Assembly (NCBI GenBank): GCA_977020255.1
Contig: CDROCS010003621.1
Location: 372,001-436,000, forward strand
Length of the DNA stretch: 64,000 nt
Direction: 5' to 3'
From: Obrimoposthia wandeli
Lineage: Eukaryota
Within the stretch, counting starts at the first letter, position 1. Every line of letters starts with the position of its first letter. Shown here one piece after another: positions 60,378 to 64,000 of this stretch. The notes beneath the pieces were generated by a model. That model searched no databases and had not been told where the DNA came from. It saw only the letters and a list, made by a program, of their open reading frames with translations. Position numbers and translations under genes: made by a program.

Positions 60378-63331
60378 CAAGCCAAGGAACCACGGCAAGA
60401 ACAAGGAGAATATCGTAATTAACAAGCTATACGCCTTCTCAAAAAAAAGCAGCATTTGACCAAATCACGGAGATCCCTATCGACGAGACAACAGCATGCC
60501 CAAACGAGGACAACATACGGGGTTTCTTCACAAGCAAGAGCGCTGAACCAACCCCAATTGACTGGGATGCAGTTCCCGATAACCTTTTCCGAAAAGCACC
60601 AGAGACCTTCGAGATCAGCCACATCACTCCAGAGGAGGTAACTCGAGCGCTGAGAGCAGCACCTAGTAGTGCCCCAGGACCGGACCAAGTAACATATAGG
60701 GACATGTTACACAGCTTCGATAATGGTAACAAACTGGCAAGCCTATACAATGCATGCATTGACGAACAACGGACTCCCGACTCTTGGCAAACCTTCAAGA
60801 CCAAGTTCATCCCAAAACCTAGGAAACAGCGCTACGATGACATCACAGCTTGGCGACCTATCGCAGTCATGTCATGCGTTTACAAGATATTTGCGTCAAT
60901 CATCACAAGACGGATGAGTGATTGGGCCTGGAAGAATAAAATACTGGATTCACGACAAAAATCCCTTGGTGCCTACGAGGGGTGCTATGAGCACAACACG
61001 GTGATTAGCCTGATCACCTCGGAAGTATTGCGAAAGAGGAACCAAGGCTGCGCCTACATCGCCTTCCTAGATCTGGCCGATGCCTTTGGGTCGGTGCCAG
61101 TCTCTTTCATTTGGGGAATGCTGGAAAAAATTAACGTGGCCCCAGCCGCTATCAGACTGCTTGAAGATGTATATAAGCAGAATATGACCAACATTGTCTG
61201 CGGTGACAGGAAAATCAACCGGATCCCAATAAAACGAGGAGTGCGACAAAGGTGTCCACTATTGATGCTCTTATTTAATATGAGCATCAATCCAGTAATA
61301 GAGGCCACAAACCAAAGCCATGGCTCAGGATACAGATTTGAAACCGGTGAAGAAATCCGGACCCTGGCATACGCCGATGACCTTGCACTCATATCTAGCT
61401 CCAAAGAAGGACTCCAGGCCCTGATCAATACCGCTGACAAGACTGCGAGTACACTACAGCTGACATTCCGGCCCAGCAAGTGTGGTGTCCTACGAATACC
61501 TTACAGGAAAAACAAACTAGCTGACAATCTCATGTTGAGAGGAGAAAAAATACCAGAGGTAACTGCGGACACGCCATACCGATACCTTGGCAGCGACAGG
61601 ACTGTAAACGCCAAGCAACATTGCGAGGAGCTGTTGGCTGAAGTGCTTCGACTGACCACGGCAGTGGCAAAAAGCGAACTAAGACCGTATCAAAAGACTG
61701 ACGCATACAATACCTTCATTCACTCAAAGCTGATATTTGTATTCAGACAGGGAAACCTGGTACACTCCCGCTTATCCTGCAACCGAACAGACGAAAGGGG
61801 CTTCGAAGGACTTCTAAGGAAAGTCATAAAACCAATCGCGGGACTAGACTTAGCCAACAGCCCTATCGGAGTTCTCTATGGGCACAAGGACCGTGGAGGT
61901 CTTGGGCTGACAAGGATTGAGGACGAATATAACATTCAGTCCATCATCCAGACGATAAAGATGGCAAATGCACGCGACAGGGACCTGAAGAACCTATTCA
62001 GGCGTGAGCTCACCGAACAATTGAAGTTTCCTAATCCACCAATGACCTTCTCCGAAGCAGTTCAGGGGTTTAATGAAGGGACCCTAGCCACTAACATGAA
62101 AGATACGGGACTTTGGACGCGGCTGTTCCACGCGGCCAAGAAATTCCAGAATGAGCTAAATATCAAACTAGAACTGATTGAGAAGGACCAAGCACTCAAT
62201 CTTTTCATAACCAGCGACCATGGAGGCAGTTTTCTCATGCAGTTCAAGACCTACAAGGCCACAAGTAAGGCGATGCATAACATTGTGCAACTCAGCCAGA
62301 GTCACAAGGTTCTCGAAGACAAGCTAGCGAGTCCAATATATAAGAACGCCACATCAGACACAGACATTAACCGGGCCATCATGAAGGGCCGTCTGACGTA
62401 CCGAGGGTGGTTCTTCATCCACCGCGCAAGGTGCGGGCGAATGAAGGTACGAGGCCCCAGGACTGATATGATCGCCCCATGCAGGAAGGGATGCTAGGAG
62501 CGAGAGTCGATGAGCCATGCAATCGTTGGTTGTAAGCTCATAGCAAAACTACGAATTCAAAGACACGACATGATCTGCCGGGAAACTGCAAGGGTCATGG
62601 AACTAAAATATCCAGGACAGGTAACTCAAGAGCTGACCCACTTATGTGTAGACGATAACGGAAACAGCTGCAGACCACGACCAGACATAACGATCGAGAC
62701 TGACTATAAGGTGATGCTGATAGAGATCAAGATCCCGTTTGACTCTGACATGTCATTTGATCTGAGGCTCACCGAAACTATGTCCAAATACGCGGAGCTC
62801 GTTGAAATGCTAAAGACCCGCCACCCAGAAAACTCGTGCAACTCTACGCGCTAAGGATCGGGACCCTCGGCTTCTGGCCTGAAATCAATAACCGGATCTT
62901 TGCAAATGCTGGTTTTAAAGCAAAGGAGATCAAGGATATCAAGATCCGACTAACCCTGAAAACCATCGAACATACAGCGGCCTCGTGGGCTAAATTCTCG
63001 AGTCATACAACTGGGATCCTGGATAAGTTGTCAGCCGAGGAGCTGGAGAAGATTGAGACCTGGACCTACGTAAAATAAAAAAAACAAAAAAAAAACAACA
63101 ACAACAAGCAAACAACAACCAACAACCAACAACCAACAAAAAAACAACCAACAACCAACAACCACCAAACACCAAACACCAACCAACAACCACCAAACAC
63201 CAACCACCAACCACCAAACACCAACCAACAACCACCAAACACCAAACACCAATCAACAACCAACAACCAACAAACAACAGCAGATTCGTGTGCCGAAAAT
63301 GAGCCTTTTGATCCAACAAAAAAAAAAAAAA
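60378..63331 (+). mobile_element. Non-LTR retrotransposon with RT and C-terminal restriction-like endonuclease (R2/NeSL-type RLE group), disrupted and probably 5'-truncated
   Basis: KLY....KAAFDQI, SAPGPD, WRPIA, FLDLADAFGSV, GVRQ, YADD, GGLG, CCHC knuckle (CRKGC...SHAIVGC), RHD, RPDI...LIEIKIPFD, GTLGFW. Lesions: frameshift in the A8 run at 60441, TAG at 62495, frameshift near 62835. A-run at 63318-63331. Confidence 0.9.
63079..63280. repeat. C/A-only low-complexity tract (CAACAAC / CCAAACA units)
   Basis: About 200 nt made almost entirely of A and C, directly after the RLE stop codon. Confidence 0.9.
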
Positions 63332-63379
63332 TTGTTTATTAATATCTGAATAAAAATAATAAGATCTGAAAACTTCGAC

Positions 63380-63875
63380 ATGGTCAGGAAGAGAAATAAT
63401 GAAGCGCAGGTAAACAACGGGAGTAATTATAACCTCCTGCAGGGTGCCCAAGACGATATTTTTGGGTTACTGCGAAACTATGATGTCAACGAGGAGTGCG
63501 CAAAGATACTGTCTGGTATTATCGACAAATTTGTAATGGCAAAGAACAACATTAGTCTAGAGGAAGCAGCAGACTCGTATGCCGAAAAGAGACCTTTTAT
63601 CAACAATCGAACAGATTTGTTGGGAGACTTGAATAGTGGTGGTCAGAGTTCGAAACTTCGACATGGACAGGAGGAGAAATCGTACCCGAAAAGGTGGCCC
63701 CGCTACAATCGAGACTGCCGAGGGGCCCAAAACTGTACCCGGCTATGACGTAAGAGTACTGAAAAAGTACGCGGACCTACTCAAAGTTCCAATGACGAAA
63801 CCGAGACCCCAAGCAGTTACTGTTACTGCTACTGAGGACCAGCAGCATATTGAGACATGGACCTACGTAAAGTAG
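63380..63875 (+). CDS. Two overlapping short ORFs (63380-63748, 63663-63875) of unknown function
   Basis: Both start within a ~30-nt repeat (AAACTTCGACATGG(T/A)CAGGA(A/G)GAGAAAT). The second ends IETWTYVK*, followed by hairpin GAGGCCCCTATGGGGCCT and AATAAA. Confidence 0.35.
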
Positions 63876-63963
63876 AAGAGGCCCCTATGGGGCCTTTGAG
63901 AAATTGATTGCGTTCACATTAATAAATGTTTGATAAATGTTTGATAAATAAATAAATAATTTA

Positions 63964-63986
63964 AGGTCAAGGTTATTTGAAGGTCA
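63964..63986. promoter_or_regulatory. Start of another AGGTCA array (probable Maverick subterminal region)
   Basis: AGGTCA at 63964 and 63981, in a context like 43081-43211. Confidence 0.4.
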
Positions 63987-64000
63987 TTATGTACTATAGT

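Noticed and set aside
63290-63315. U2 snRNA, spliced-leader or 28S target site for the RLE element
   Set aside because: Only an 8-nt match (GCCTTTTG) to U2; no SL or rDNA sequence recognisable.
62990-63451. Val/Gly/Trp/Cys-rich ORFs on the minus strand
   Set aside because: Antisense translation of the C/A low-complexity tract.
63052-63871. The 23-nt repeat as a simple target-site duplication
   Set aside because: The mismatch is synonymous, similarity extends upstream at the codon level, and the enclosed sequence has no tail or TIR in the expected place.

Overview
Eukaryotic (AT-rich metazoan) genomic DNA; the host species cannot be named from the sequence alone. (1) A spliced host gene for the H3K79 methyltransferase DOT1L lies on the + strand (exons 6874-20864; the N-terminal exons were not found in the window). 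It carries two tandem, paralogous 107-nt exons (11416-11522 and 11798-11904) that should be mutually exclusive and are surrounded by four RBFOX-type TGCATG motifs. (2) A near-complete 17.7-kb Maverick/Polinton (26047-43733, TIRs and a 6-bp CCCATT target-site duplication) is inserted into a piggyBac transposase. It encodes packaging ATPase, integrase, minor and major capsid proteins, cysteine protease and protein-primed PolB. It also carries unusual accessory genes: a spliced TBP-like protein, a 5-exon protein with SUMO-interacting-like motifs, a DEDD/MAEL-like protein and a paralogous gene pair. At least nine short spliceosomal introns are predicted, and AGGTCA and E2F motif arrays lie near the right end. 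(3) At least four more degraded Maverick pieces are present, plus remnants of hAT, Tc1/mariner and Gypsy elements, a chuvirus-like envelope pseudogene and an RLE-type non-LTR retrotransposon. All splice models were derived by hand from GT-AG sites and frame arithmetic; all family assignments rest on recognised motifs, not database searches.
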